From: Anaerolineae bacterium
GTDB lineage: Bacteria; Chloroflexota; Anaerolineae; UBA1429
DNA length: 52,164 nucleotides
NCBI GenBank assembly: GCA_034433995.1
Contig: DAOTZU010000032.1
Location: 1-52,164 of the forward strand
Direction: 5' to 3'
Position 1 is the stretch's first letter; every line of letters begins with the position of its first letter. Made by a program: the position numbers and the translations under genes. The notes under the pieces were generated by a model. It was not told where the DNA came from, did no database searches, and saw only the letters and a program-made list of their open reading frames with translations. This document shows positions 41,000-49,721 of this stretch, piece by piece.

Positions 41000-43201
41000 A
41001 TGCACGTGAGCCACCGCCGGTGTCGCTTCTGGATGTTGTGTTTGGTGATGGTCTTGGTCGGGTGCTCTGCCTTGCCCACGCCCACCACCCCGCCCACCCG
41101 CCCTCAGCCCAGCAAGGAGGCCTCGCCCATGCCGGTTTATCCCATCATGGCCCTGAAGGCGGCGGGCTTTGCCCAGGTGTCGTTTGAGCGACGGGCCATC
41201 CAAGCCCAGGTAGCGCCCTACAACACCGATCCCCAGGCCGCCCTGAACGCCCAAGTGGGCCGCCGCCTCTCGCCGGAACAGTTGCGGGTGCTGCAAGCGA
41301 ACGGTTTTGTCATCGTCACCGAGCGGGCCAGCCAGATTTACGATCTCTACAAACAGGCCCAAGATGCCGGCATCCCGCCCTTTGTCACCACCGACGCGCT
41401 GCTGCACACGTACCACATCTTGTACGATTACATCCTGCGCAGCGTAGAGTATGACCATCTGGCCAACGATCTGGCCGCCCTCTTGGAAGCCATGGTGCGC
41501 GCCAGCGAGAAACAGCTCCAGGATGCAGCAAAACTCCCGCCCATCCGCGAGGCGGCCCAACGCAACCTGGCCTTTTTCGCCGTGGCCCAACGCCTGCTGG
41601 ATCCCCAGGCGTCCATCCCCGATGAGGTCGCGCCCATGGTGGCGCAGGAGCTGGCCCTCATCGCGGCCCACCAGGGGTTCAGCCCCTCGCCCATCTTTGG
41701 CTATGAGGAGGACTATTCCCAATACGTTCCCCGCGGCCACTATACGCGCAACGAGACCCTCTCGCGCTACTTTCAGGCGATGATGTGGTTGGGGCGCATG
41801 ATGTTCCGCCTGCGCCCCGGCGCCACCGCCGAAGCCATCGAGGCCGGCCGACGGGAGACCCGCCAGGCGCTCCTCATGGTGGCGGCCCTGCACAGCGCCA
41901 CCGTGGGTGCAGAGAGCGCGGCCACGGTGTGGGAGCGGATCTATGAGCCGACGGTCTTTTTCGTCGGCCAGACGGATGACCTCAACCTTTACGATTACAA
42001 CGAGCTCCTGCGCAGCATCTCGGGGAATTCCTTGGACCTGGGCAAACTGGCCGATAACACCTGGCTGGACGCCTTTATCCAAAAAGCTCTGGCCCTGCGG
42101 CCGCCCAAGATCCTCTCTTCTTTGGTGACGGACCAAGAAAAGCCGGAGGAGGTGACCAAGGGGTTCCGCTTCATGGGGCAGCGTTTTGTGCCCGATGCCT
42201 ACATTCTGCAACAGCTCGTTTACGACAAGGTCCAGGAATATCAAGGGAAGGGCCAGCCCTTCACCGCCGTGGGGCCGCTCCGCGCCCTGCCGCGGGGCTT
42301 GGATATCGCCTCGGTGTTGGGTTCGGAGCGCGCCGCCGAGATTCTGGCCGCCGAGGGCGACGCCGATTACAAGGGCTATCCGGAGCAGGTGGCCAAACTC
42401 CGGAAAGAGTTCGCCGCCCTGCCGGCGGAGCAATGGACGGCCAACCTCTACTGGAGCTGGCTGCACACCTTGCGCCCCCTATTGGCGCCCAAAGGCCAGG
42501 GCTATCCCCTCTTTATGCAGCGGGCAGCCTGGCTGGATAAGAACCTCAACACCTTCCTGGGCTCCTGGACGGAGCTGCGCCACGATACCATCCTCTACGC
42601 CAAACAGAGCTACACCGTCAAGGCCACGGGCATCCTTCCCTCACAGCCCAAGCCCGCCGGCTATGTGGAGCCGGAGGTGGAGGTTTGGGAGCGGTTACTT
42701 TACCTGGTGCGCCAGACCGAGGAAGGCCTGGGCAAGCGCAACCTGCTCGGCGCCGAGTTCGAGCAGCGCCTGGCCAACCTGGAGGAGCTGGTGGTGGCGT
42801 TGCGCGATATCTCGCTACAAGAGCTGAGCGGCCAGCCCCTGAACCCGCAGCAGGCCGGCCTTTTGGAGAGCATCGGCCGCCGCCTGGAGGAGCTGACCAC
42901 CTTTTCCGAGGAGGTGCAGGGGAAACTTGCCTCCAAGGCCGATACGCGCATGGCGGTGGTGGCCGATGTGCATACCGACGTCAACAGCGGCCTGGTCTTG
43001 CAAGAGGGCGTGGGGGATCCGCTAGCGATCTATGTCCTCGTGCCCCAGGGCGAGGCGACGGTCATCACCATGGGTGGGGTGTTCGCCCATTACGAGTTCA
43101 AACAGCCCATGGCGCAACGGCTCACCGACGAGGCCTGGCAGGCCATGGACCCCAAGCCGCCCTTTGCACCCTGGTTTGCAGCCTTGGTGCAGACGAGGTA
43201 A
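41000..43201 (+). CDS. Lipoprotein, probably DUF3160 family (733 aa)
   Basis: Lipobox LVGCS after a signal peptide. The internal PPFVTTDALLHTYHILYD is as I remember it for DUF3160, so the family call is from memory only. AAGGAGGG precedes the ATG at 41000, 22 nt after the VIT-VWA stop. Confidence 0.55.
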   Translation: MHVSHRRCRFWMLCLVMVLVGCSALPTPTTPPTRPQPSKEASPMPVYPIMALKAAGFAQVSFERRAIQAQVAPYNTDPQAALNAQVGRRLSPEQLRVLQANGFVIVTERASQIYDLYKQAQDAGIPPFVTTDALLHTYHILYDYILRSVEYDHLANDLAALLEAMVRASEKQLQDAAKLPPIREAAQRNLAFFAVAQRLLDPQASIPDEVAPMVAQELALIAAHQGFSPSPIFGYEEDYSQYVPRGHYTRNETLSRYFQAMMWLGRMMFRLRPGATAEAIEAGRRETRQALLMVAALHSATVGAESAATVWERIYEPTVFFVGQTDDLNLYDYNELLRSISGNSLDLGKLADNTWLDAFIQKALALRPPKILSSLVTDQEKPEEVTKGFRFMGQRFVPDAYILQQLVYDKVQEYQGKGQPFTAVGPLRALPRGLDIASVLGSERAAEILAAEGDADYKGYPEQVAKLRKEFAALPAEQWTANLYWSWLHTLRPLLAPKGQGYPLFMQRAAWLDKNLNTFLGSWTELRHDTILYAKQSYTVKATGILPSQPKPAGYVEPEVEVWERLLYLVRQTEEGLGKRNLLGAEFEQRLANLEELVVALRDISLQELSGQPLNPQQAGLLESIGRRLEELTTFSEEVQGKLASKADTRMAVVADVHTDVNSGLVLQEGVGDPLAIYVLVPQGEATVITMGGVFAHYEFKQPMAQRLTDEAWQAMDPKPPFAPWFAALVQTR

Positions 43202-43217
43202 CCTCCTGCACAGACCG

Positions 43218-43249
43218 AGGGAGCGCCGGCAAGTTTGCCGGCGCTCCCT
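43218..43249. terminator. Hairpin between convergent operons (candidate bidirectional terminator)
   Basis: AGGGAGCGCCGGCA / TGCCGGCGCTCCCT forms a 14-bp perfect stem with a 4-nt loop. It lies between stops at 43201 (+) and 43284 (-). Confidence 0.6.
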
Positions 43250-43283
43250 TCATTCACCGTCGCAGGGGCCCAGAGGCGTTCCC

Positions 43284-45602
43284 TCAAGCGCTCGACACGG
43301 CGCGAGGGCCGCGCCTGAGGGGCAACCACCACAGCCTGAGGCGCAAGCGGCGCCAGGCCCCCTCCACGCGATAACTATCCTCCAAGGCGATGGGCCGCTG
43401 ATCGTAGCGCGCCCGCTGATAGACCTGGCCGATGAGGCCCACGTCGCGCTCGGCGCTGCCCCCAAAGTGACCTCTCTGTTCGATGGCCCGGGCCAGGGCG
43501 GCCAGGAACTCGTTGGGCGTCTGCCCATCGGCCGGCCTTTGGCCCAGCCAACGCGCCCGACGCACCAACTTGCCATAGACCTTGAAGACTACGCGCCGCG
43601 GATTGCGCGGCCGCCGGAACCAACGCGGCGGCCAGATGATCACCACGAGGAGCAGGAGCGCCAGCCCTCCCCCCAGATAGATCAAAGGCGAGATGCTGCG
43701 CCAGGCGGGTTGCGCCGGTGGTTCGGCCCCAGGCAGCGGCCCCACGGTGACCAAGTGGCTATCGGGCCAGGTGAACACCCGTTGGGTGGGCGTCGGCTCG
43801 AACTCGATCCAGCCGTAACCGGGGAAATAGACCTCCGTCCAGGCGTGGGCATTGGTCTCGCGCACCACCCAGAACCCCGCCTCGGGGCTGTAGGTGCCCG
43901 TGTTATAGCCCGAGGCATAGCGCGCCGCCACCCCCACCGCCCGCAGCATCACCGCCATGGCGGTGGCGGAATAATCGCAGTAGCCGCGTTGGGCGCGAAA
44001 GAGGAAATAATCCACCACATCGGCATCAAAGGGCGGCGGATCCAGATTCAGGTCGTAGGGAAAGTTGCGCAGATAAGCCTCGATGGCCCGGGCCTTGTCG
44101 TAGCGGGTGGTCGCGCCGGCCTGCTGCACCACCTCCTCGGCCTTTTGGCGCACCCGCTCCGGGATCTTGGGCAGTTGCAGATAGCGCTCCTTCACCCAAT
44201 CCGGATAGGGCCCCTCGGCGTTGCGCAGGTCGCTCACCGTCACCTCGGGCACGGCAGAGACCACCTTGTACTCCTTGGCCTCCACCGAGAAGCTGATCAT
44301 GTCCTCCTCGCCCCGCGCCAGCACCCGGTAATCCTTATCCACCACCTTCACGGGCTCGTTGACGCCAAAGGCCAGCGCAGGGAGATCCCTGAGCTCGAAG
44401 GTCTGGGTCACCAAGGTGTGGGGATAGGGGATGGCGATCCAATTCGTGTTGCGCAGCAGCAACTCGGTGGTGGCCTCGGAACTGCTCCAACCGTGGCCGG
44501 TGTAGTAATCATAGGTGCGCTGGCGCCAGTAGCGCTTGGGGAGCAGCTCCTCGATGGGGATATCTCCCAGGGCCGCCATCTGCTCCTCCGGCAGCACAGG
44601 GACGGGGTCGCTGGTGCGCACCCAAAAGACCGCTGTGGAGGTGGGGTTGGTCCCGCCGCCCACCGCATGCGCGCCCAAAGCATAGCCCTTGACGCTGGGG
44701 GTGGGTTTGGGCACGGGGTTCCGCCCGGCAAAGGCGCGGCCCAAGTTCTCGTAAAAAGGCTCCACGTGAGGCTGGATGAAATCCCAAAAGGCGAACACCG
44801 CCGGGTTATACGTGACATACGGCACCGCCAGCGCCACCACAATGGCCAGGCCGGAGAGGGCGGCGCCGGCGGTCAGCGCGTCCCGCCTCAAGTCGGGCGA
44901 AAAATCAAGCTTCAGGCGCGCCCACAGCTCCTCCATGCGGATGGCGTTGCTCCAGACCAAGGTCAACAAAGTGATGGCAAGGAACGAATGGACATAGGCC
45001 ATGCCCAAATCGGTAAAGGCCACATTGCTCACCACGGCGATGCCCAGAGGGAGCAGGGCGGCAAAGGGGCGGCGCCGGCGGAGCAACTGATAGCTCGCGT
45101 TCCAGGAGAGCAGCCAGATCCCCAAAGCCAGGGGCAGCCAAAGGGCAGCGGGTTCCTTGCTCGGCTCCCCCGCCTGCACCGTCTGGTACCATTTCAAGAG
45201 GTTGCTCCAAAGGGCGTTCGCCTGGGTGACAAAAAAGGCCCAAGCGCGGGAGGCGGGGGCAGCGCCCGTCCCGGTCTTGGTCCAAAGGCCCCAGAGCCAA
45301 CCCAGAAGGCGCCCGGCGTCATTCCAGAGGAGGCCCGGCCTGGGCAGGAGCTTGCCGGCGAACTGGACGCTGTACTCCAGGCCCAAAACGATGCCCAAGA
45401 GCCAAACCAGCCATCCCGGCCATTTGGTGCGCATCACCAAAATACCGAGCAGGACCGCCCAAAAGCCCGCCCAAGCGAGCCGCCCGCCCTCCGGCACCCA
45501 TTTCGAGTTCTGGATCGCCAGCGGCAGGCAAAGGGTCGCCGCCAACAACAGGCCATAAAGTAACCAATCTCTTTCCCGAAGATCTTGATCCGACGCCGCC
45601 AT
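43284..45602 (-). CDS. Transglutaminase-domain membrane protein (TgpA-like, with DUF4129-like C-terminus)
   Basis: N-terminal polytopic region. Catalytic Cys context RGYCDYSATAMAVMLRAVGV, and His/Asp context NAHAWTEVYFPGYGWIEFEPT. A late TM helix and a basic tail follow. Start at ATG 45602, 7 nt after the DUF58 stop. Confidence 0.85.
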   Translation of the reverse strand: MAASDQDLRERDWLLYGLLLAATLCLPLAIQNSKWVPEGGRLAWAGFWAVLLGILVMRTKWPGWLVWLLGIVLGLEYSVQFAGKLLPRPGLLWNDAGRLLGWLWGLWTKTGTGAAPASRAWAFFVTQANALWSNLLKWYQTVQAGEPSKEPAALWLPLALGIWLLSWNASYQLLRRRRPFAALLPLGIAVVSNVAFTDLGMAYVHSFLAITLLTLVWSNAIRMEELWARLKLDFSPDLRRDALTAGAALSGLAIVVALAVPYVTYNPAVFAFWDFIQPHVEPFYENLGRAFAGRNPVPKPTPSVKGYALGAHAVGGGTNPTSTAVFWVRTSDPVPVLPEEQMAALGDIPIEELLPKRYWRQRTYDYYTGHGWSSSEATTELLLRNTNWIAIPYPHTLVTQTFELRDLPALAFGVNEPVKVVDKDYRVLARGEEDMISFSVEAKEYKVVSAVPEVTVSDLRNAEGPYPDWVKERYLQLPKIPERVRQKAEEVVQQAGATTRYDKARAIEAYLRNFPYDLNLDPPPFDADVVDYFLFRAQRGYCDYSATAMAVMLRAVGVAARYASGYNTGTYSPEAGFWVVRETNAHAWTEVYFPGYGWIEFEPTPTQRVFTWPDSHLVTVGPLPGAEPPAQPAWRSISPLIYLGGGLALLLLVVIIWPPRWFRRPRNPRRVVFKVYGKLVRRARWLGQRPADGQTPNEFLAALARAIEQRGHFGGSAERDVGLIGQVYQRARYDQRPIALEDSYRVEGAWRRLRLRLWWLPLRRGPRAVSSA

Positions 45603-45609
45603 AGCTACC

Positions 45610-46935
45610 CTATCCTTTATCTCCCACAGGCATCCATTGCGCCTGATCTTGAGCGCCGGCATCCACCACCACCACGCGCCCCGTGCCCAAAGCGCGGTAC
45701 TTGGGCCGTTGTTGCCGGCGCTGGGTGAGCTGTTCAAATTTAAAGCCCTGGGCGATGATGTGGCCCATCACGCCCAGATCGGCCAGCGCGCCCAAGACGC
45801 TGCGCGCATCTCCCTGGCCGCCGAAACTCTGGGCATCCAAGAGCAAACATGTGGTGTGGATCCCTCGGCGCAAAAGGGCCGTCAGGCCCTTGATCCATTC
45901 CGGATCCGCCGAAGGGGTGATCAGAGTCACCGTCATCCCCCGCCCGATGACGGGGTCCACCGCCTCCAACACCTGACCCAAAGGCAGCTGACCCACAGCA
46001 TGGACGCCCGCCAACACCCGCAACAGCTCCCAGAGTTGCTGGTAGCCCTTTTGCGGGCGGATGACCACCGGCTCCTCGGCGTAGGTGATGAGCCCCACGG
46101 CGTGGTTGGCGCGCAACATCTGGTTGGCCAACGAGGCGGCCAGGATCACCCCATATTCCTCCGTGGATTCAAGCTCCTCGCCGGCCTGGGAAGGGCCATA
46201 GAGATCCAACACGATCCAGACATCGCCCGAAGGTTCCAAATCAAACTCTTTGACATAGAGCTCGTCCTGGTCGCCGGTGGAGCGGCGGGCGGTGGTGCGC
46301 CAATGGATGACGTGCAGGGCATCGCCGGGCACGTAATGACGCACCGAGGAGGCGTTGGTGGTGAGGTCGAGGCTGCGGGTGTTGGTGCGCGCCGAACCTC
46401 TGGCCCGGCCACGGGGCTCAAAGAGGGCGGGCAGGTAGGCGATGGGCGGATAGACCACAAAGGTCTCGGTGTAGGGGTGTTCCAGGGTGATCTCAAAGAG
46501 GCCAAAGGGATCGCCCATGCGCACGCGGATGGGCCCCAAGGTGTACACGCCCCGGCGCTCGCAGATGCCTTCGGTGTTCCAGCGGGTGGTGCTGCGGGCG
46601 CCCAGCCCCACCGCCCGGCTGGCGTTGTAGCCGGGGAGGTTGCTCAGATCGCGGACCTCGGCCCAAAGGACGGGGAGCCAGGCCTCGTTGTGCATGATGA
46701 ACCGCTCCTCGATCACATCGCCCACCTGGGCCCAGCCGTAGCGGCGTTGCCGCTGGATGGTGACGCCGCGCGCCACCTGGCGCGCCCACACCCACGAAAC
46801 CAAGACCACCGCCAACAGCACCACCAACACAAACTTGACCGGGGGCGCGGGGGAAAAGATCTGCAAAAAGAGCAGTACCACGGCCGCCACAATGGGGAGC
46901 CAAGAATTGAGCTTGAGCGAGGTGTGTGCCATCAC
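45610..46935 (-). CDS. DUF58 domain protein
   Basis: Two N-terminal TM helices, then VRHYVPGDALHVIHWRTTARRSTGDQDELYVKEFDLE, which is the DUF58 core motif. Start at GTG 46935 or ATG 46932, with AAGGAG 5-8 nt upstream. Confidence 0.8.
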   Translation of the reverse strand: MMAHTSLKLNSWLPIVAAVVLLFLQIFSPAPPVKFVLVVLLAVVLVSWVWARQVARGVTIQRQRRYGWAQVGDVIEERFIMHNEAWLPVLWAEVRDLSNLPGYNASRAVGLGARSTTRWNTEGICERRGVYTLGPIRVRMGDPFGLFEITLEHPYTETFVVYPPIAYLPALFEPRGRARGSARTNTRSLDLTTNASSVRHYVPGDALHVIHWRTTARRSTGDQDELYVKEFDLEPSGDVWIVLDLYGPSQAGEELESTEEYGVILAASLANQMLRANHAVGLITYAEEPVVIRPQKGYQQLWELLRVLAGVHAVGQLPLGQVLEAVDPVIGRGMTVTLITPSADPEWIKGLTALLRRGIHTTCLLLDAQSFGGQGDARSVLGALADLGVMGHIIAQGFKFEQLTQRRQQRPKYRALGTGRVVVVDAGAQDQAQWMPVGDKG

Positions 46936-46947
46936 GTCATCTCCTTA

Positions 46948-46983
46948 GGACAAATTATACCACATTTGTCCAGATAAACCCAA
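46948..46983 (-). promoter_or_regulatory. Candidate extended -10 promoter for DUF58/transglutaminase, with an inverted repeat straddling the -10
   Basis: The minus strand reads TTGGGT (46983-46978), an 18-nt spacer ending in TGg, then TATAAT (46959-46954). GGACAAAT (46948-46955) and ATTTGTCC (46964-46971) are perfect 8-nt inverted repeats enclosing the -10. Confidence 0.6.
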
Positions 46984-46998
46984 TGGCTCGACACCAGA

Positions 46999-47034
46999 AG
47001 ACCCGACAGGTCTTTAGAGACCTGTCGGGTCTTG
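46999..47034. promoter_or_regulatory. Long palindrome upstream of the DUF58/transglutaminase operon (copy B of the shared element)
   Basis: AAGACCCGACAGGTC tttaga GACCTGTCGGGTCTT has perfect 15-nt arms. The centre lies about 60 nt upstream of the -10. It clearly resembles the element at 38617-38654. Confidence 0.7.
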
Positions 47035-47060
47035 GATCGGATACACTCGCCGGAAAACGC

Positions 47061-47099
47061 CAGCAGGGACACCTCTCCCCACGGAGCGTGTCCCTGCTG
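47061..47099 (-). terminator. Candidate intrinsic terminator after the DNRLRE/DUF11 gene pair
   Basis: On the minus strand, CAGCAGGGACAC, a 15-nt loop, GTGTCCCTGCTG, followed by GCGTTTTCC. It lies 35 nt after the stop at 47134. Confidence 0.5.
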
Positions 47100-47133
47100 A
47101 GCGGATAGAGATCAGTTTGTCACCAATGCTCGG

Positions 47134-48291
47134 CTAGTCGCGGCGATAACCGTTGAACACCTCAACGAACAACATGCGGTACTGCCGCTGGGGCGGCACG
47201 ACCAGGGTCTCCCAATAATCCTCCGCCACCACATCCGGCAATTCCGCGCAGGTGGCCTGGGCAAGATTCACCACCGTGCCCGTCTCCTTGACCCACCGGG
47301 CCAACTTGAGCTCCAGTTCCAGGACTTGTTGGGCGCCCATGGGCAGGTTACCGATCTTCCAGACCACCGCATGGGTGGAGGCATCGTACAGGCCGCCACC
47401 GGTGCACCGCGAGAACACCGTGCCCAACGGCAGGGTATCGGTGAGGACCACGCCCGTGGCATCCTGGGTCCCGGCGTTGCGCAACGTGATCTGATAGGTG
47501 AGGGTGTAGATCTGGGTGATGTTGCCGGTTTCGTCGGTGAGCGGCCCCTGGGGACCCGTCTTTTCCAGCACCAAGACGGGCCGGATGGGCGTGGGGGTGG
47601 GGGTGGGCATGGGGGCAAAGAGTATCTCCAACACCGGCCGCAGGGCCTCCTCGCGATACTCCATGCTGGCCAGCTCATAGGCGACAGACCCGGCCTGGGT
47701 GGTTTTCAAGACCAGGCCGTTGTTGGCCACAGAACCATCCATCCACCCGCGGACGATGTCCGAGACATCGATCGTCACCCAACCCTCCGCCTCGCGGAGC
47801 GTGGTCAACGGCGAGCCTTGGCCCGAGCGGTCATCAGGCACTCCGTTGCAGCCGGCCACGGACCAAGGGGTTGCCTGGTCGGCCATGGCCCAGGTCGCCT
47901 CCGTGGCCACCCACGGGCGATGCACGGCATAGGCCATCACTCCCATAAAGCTCGCGTTGGTGCGGGAGAGGACGTACACCTTGAGCAGCGCCTGGGCCAC
48001 CACCACGCCCGCCGGACGCTGGATGGAGGAGAGATCGAATTGCATCAGGGCAGCGCTCGCATCTCCCGAACGTAAGGTCAGGCTCCCCCTGGAGGCATAG
48101 TTTTGCTGCGGGTAAAAGCTGTGGATGGTGGTATCCGCGCTGGGCTGAACAGTCTGCCGATCAAAGATGAAATCTTCCGGCCCCTCGGCGGGCACGGCCG
48201 GCCCCGCCCCGGCGCTGCCCAACCCCACCACAAGGCCGATGGCCAAGACCACCATCAATCCCAAGACCCATAGTCTGCTCTGGATGTTCAT
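47134..48291 (-). CDS. Secreted DNRLRE-domain + DUF11 (conserved repeat domain) protein, paralog 1
   Basis: Signal/anchor MNIQSRLWVLGLMVVLAIGLVVGL. DNRLRE-like region (ADTTIHSFYPQQNY...AALMQFDLSSI...AQALLKVYV...HRPWVATEATW). A PTPTPTP linker. DUF11-like YQITLRNAGTQDATGVVLTDTLPLGTVF. Confidence 0.7.
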   Translation of the reverse strand: MNIQSRLWVLGLMVVLAIGLVVGLGSAGAGPAVPAEGPEDFIFDRQTVQPSADTTIHSFYPQQNYASRGSLTLRSGDASAALMQFDLSSIQRPAGVVVAQALLKVYVLSRTNASFMGVMAYAVHRPWVATEATWAMADQATPWSVAGCNGVPDDRSGQGSPLTTLREAEGWVTIDVSDIVRGWMDGSVANNGLVLKTTQAGSVAYELASMEYREEALRPVLEILFAPMPTPTPTPIRPVLVLEKTGPQGPLTDETGNITQIYTLTYQITLRNAGTQDATGVVLTDTLPLGTVFSRCTGGGLYDASTHAVVWKIGNLPMGAQQVLELELKLARWVKETGTVVNLAQATCAELPDVVAEDYWETLVVPPQRQYRMLFVEVFNGYRRD

Positions 48292-48377
48292 CTGGCTCAG
48301 TCCTCCTTTTCGCCAATCGGTTCCAGAACGGTCATCACTCCGTGGGGTGGCTCATCCAGGGCCGCCCCAGAGCGCGC

Positions 48378-49661
48378 TCAGCGCGCAGGGACCAAGAAGC
48401 CCTTATCCACCTTGACCAGGTACAGCCTCCAGATTTGGGGCGGGCGCACCTGGTTGTACACCTTGACCAGGAACAGCCGATACGGCGTGGGCGAGGGAGT
48501 CACCGTCGGCGTAGCCGTGGGGATGGGGGTCTCTGTCGCTGTGGGGGTGGGCGCCACCACAAAGGTCTGCCAGTATCCCTCCGCCACGCCCTCCAGCTCG
48601 GCGCAGCTGACCCGCACCCAGTTGACGATGGTGCCCAGCTCCCGCACCCAACTGGCCAAATCCAGCTCCAGCGTGGCGCTAAAGACCTCGCCGGGCGCCA
48701 AGGCAGCCAACCGCCAAAGGACCTGCTGGTTTTCAGGATCAAAAACGCCATCCGCGGTGCAGCTCCGATAGACCGTGCCCAGGGGCAAGGTATCGGTGAT
48801 CGCCAGCCCCGTCGCCTCCCGGGTGCCGGCGTTCCGCACATAGATCTGGTAGGTCACCATGGTCTCTTCCTGGCCCAGAGGCCCCGGAGGGCCGGTCTTT
48901 TCCACCACCAACACCGGCGCGTAGGGCGTGGGCGTGGGAGGCACCGTGGGGATGGGCGTATACGTCGGCAGCGCAGTGTAGGTGGGCAGGGGAGTGGGGT
49001 TAAAAACGTAGGATACCTCCAAGAAAGGCCAGTGGGCCCGATCGGAGTGGTCCTTGGCGATCAAAGAGTACTCCACCGAGCTCCCCCCCAAGCCCTTGAG
49101 GATGATCCCCTCATTGGGCTGCGTGCCGCGCAGCCAACCATCTACGATCCGGGTCACATCCACATAGAGCCATCCGCCCACCAGGTTGAACTCGCTCACG
49201 CCGGCCGCCTCTCCTTGGCGATCGTCGGGGACGCCGTTACAGCCCGTGACCGCCCAAGGGACATTGGCAGCCGCCCGTTGCCAGGTGGCCTCGTTGGTCA
49301 CCCACGGGCGGTTGATGGCATAGGCCGAGGCCGACATGGTGGAGCTATTGCTCCGGGAAAGGACGTACACGCCCAGCTTGGCCTGGGCCACGGCGATATT
49401 CGCCGGCAAGGACGAGAGGTCGAACTTGAACAGCGCCGACGCCACATCGTTGGAACGCACCGAGATGGTCCACGCTTGCCCGAAATTCTTGGCGGGTTGG
49501 TAGGCGCTGATGGCAGTATCCTCGCTGACGATGATGCGCGTGGTATTGGCGTTGGGTTGCTCCCCTTGGGGCAAGGGGCCGGCCCCCGCCCAGGCCACAC
49601 TCAGAATCGCCACAAGGATCAGCCCTGCACAAATTGGCAAGACCCGCCGCAAAGATTGCAT
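48378..49661 (-). CDS. Secreted DNRLRE-domain + DUF11 protein, paralog 2
   Basis: Same architecture and many shared motifs (SALFKFDLSSLP, AQAKLGVYVLSRSN, NRPWVTNEATW, GCNGVPDDR, YQIYVRNAGTREATGLAITDTLPLGTVY). ATG at 49661 with GGGAGG 9 nt upstream. Confidence 0.7.
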   Translation of the reverse strand: MQSLRRVLPICAGLILVAILSVAWAGAGPLPQGEQPNANTTRIIVSEDTAISAYQPAKNFGQAWTISVRSNDVASALFKFDLSSLPANIAVAQAKLGVYVLSRSNSSTMSASAYAINRPWVTNEATWQRAAANVPWAVTGCNGVPDDRQGEAAGVSEFNLVGGWLYVDVTRIVDGWLRGTQPNEGIILKGLGGSSVEYSLIAKDHSDRAHWPFLEVSYVFNPTPLPTYTALPTYTPIPTVPPTPTPYAPVLVVEKTGPPGPLGQEETMVTYQIYVRNAGTREATGLAITDTLPLGTVYRSCTADGVFDPENQQVLWRLAALAPGEVFSATLELDLASWVRELGTIVNWVRVSCAELEGVAEGYWQTFVVAPTPTATETPIPTATPTVTPSPTPYRLFLVKVYNQVRPPQIWRLYLVKVDKGFLVPAR

Positions 49662-49691
49662 CAACCCGTACCTCCCAAGAGAGCTAAGATC

Positions 49692-49721
49692 ATTCTACCA
49701 CATAGAGACTATCCATGTCCA
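49692..49721 (-). promoter_or_regulatory. Candidate extended -10 promoter for the DNRLRE/DUF11 gene pair
   Basis: The minus strand reads TGGACA (49721-49716), an 18-nt spacer ending in TGg, then TAGAAT (49697-49692). The string ATGTGGTA(T/G)AAT is shared with the DUF58 promoter. Confidence 0.55.
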
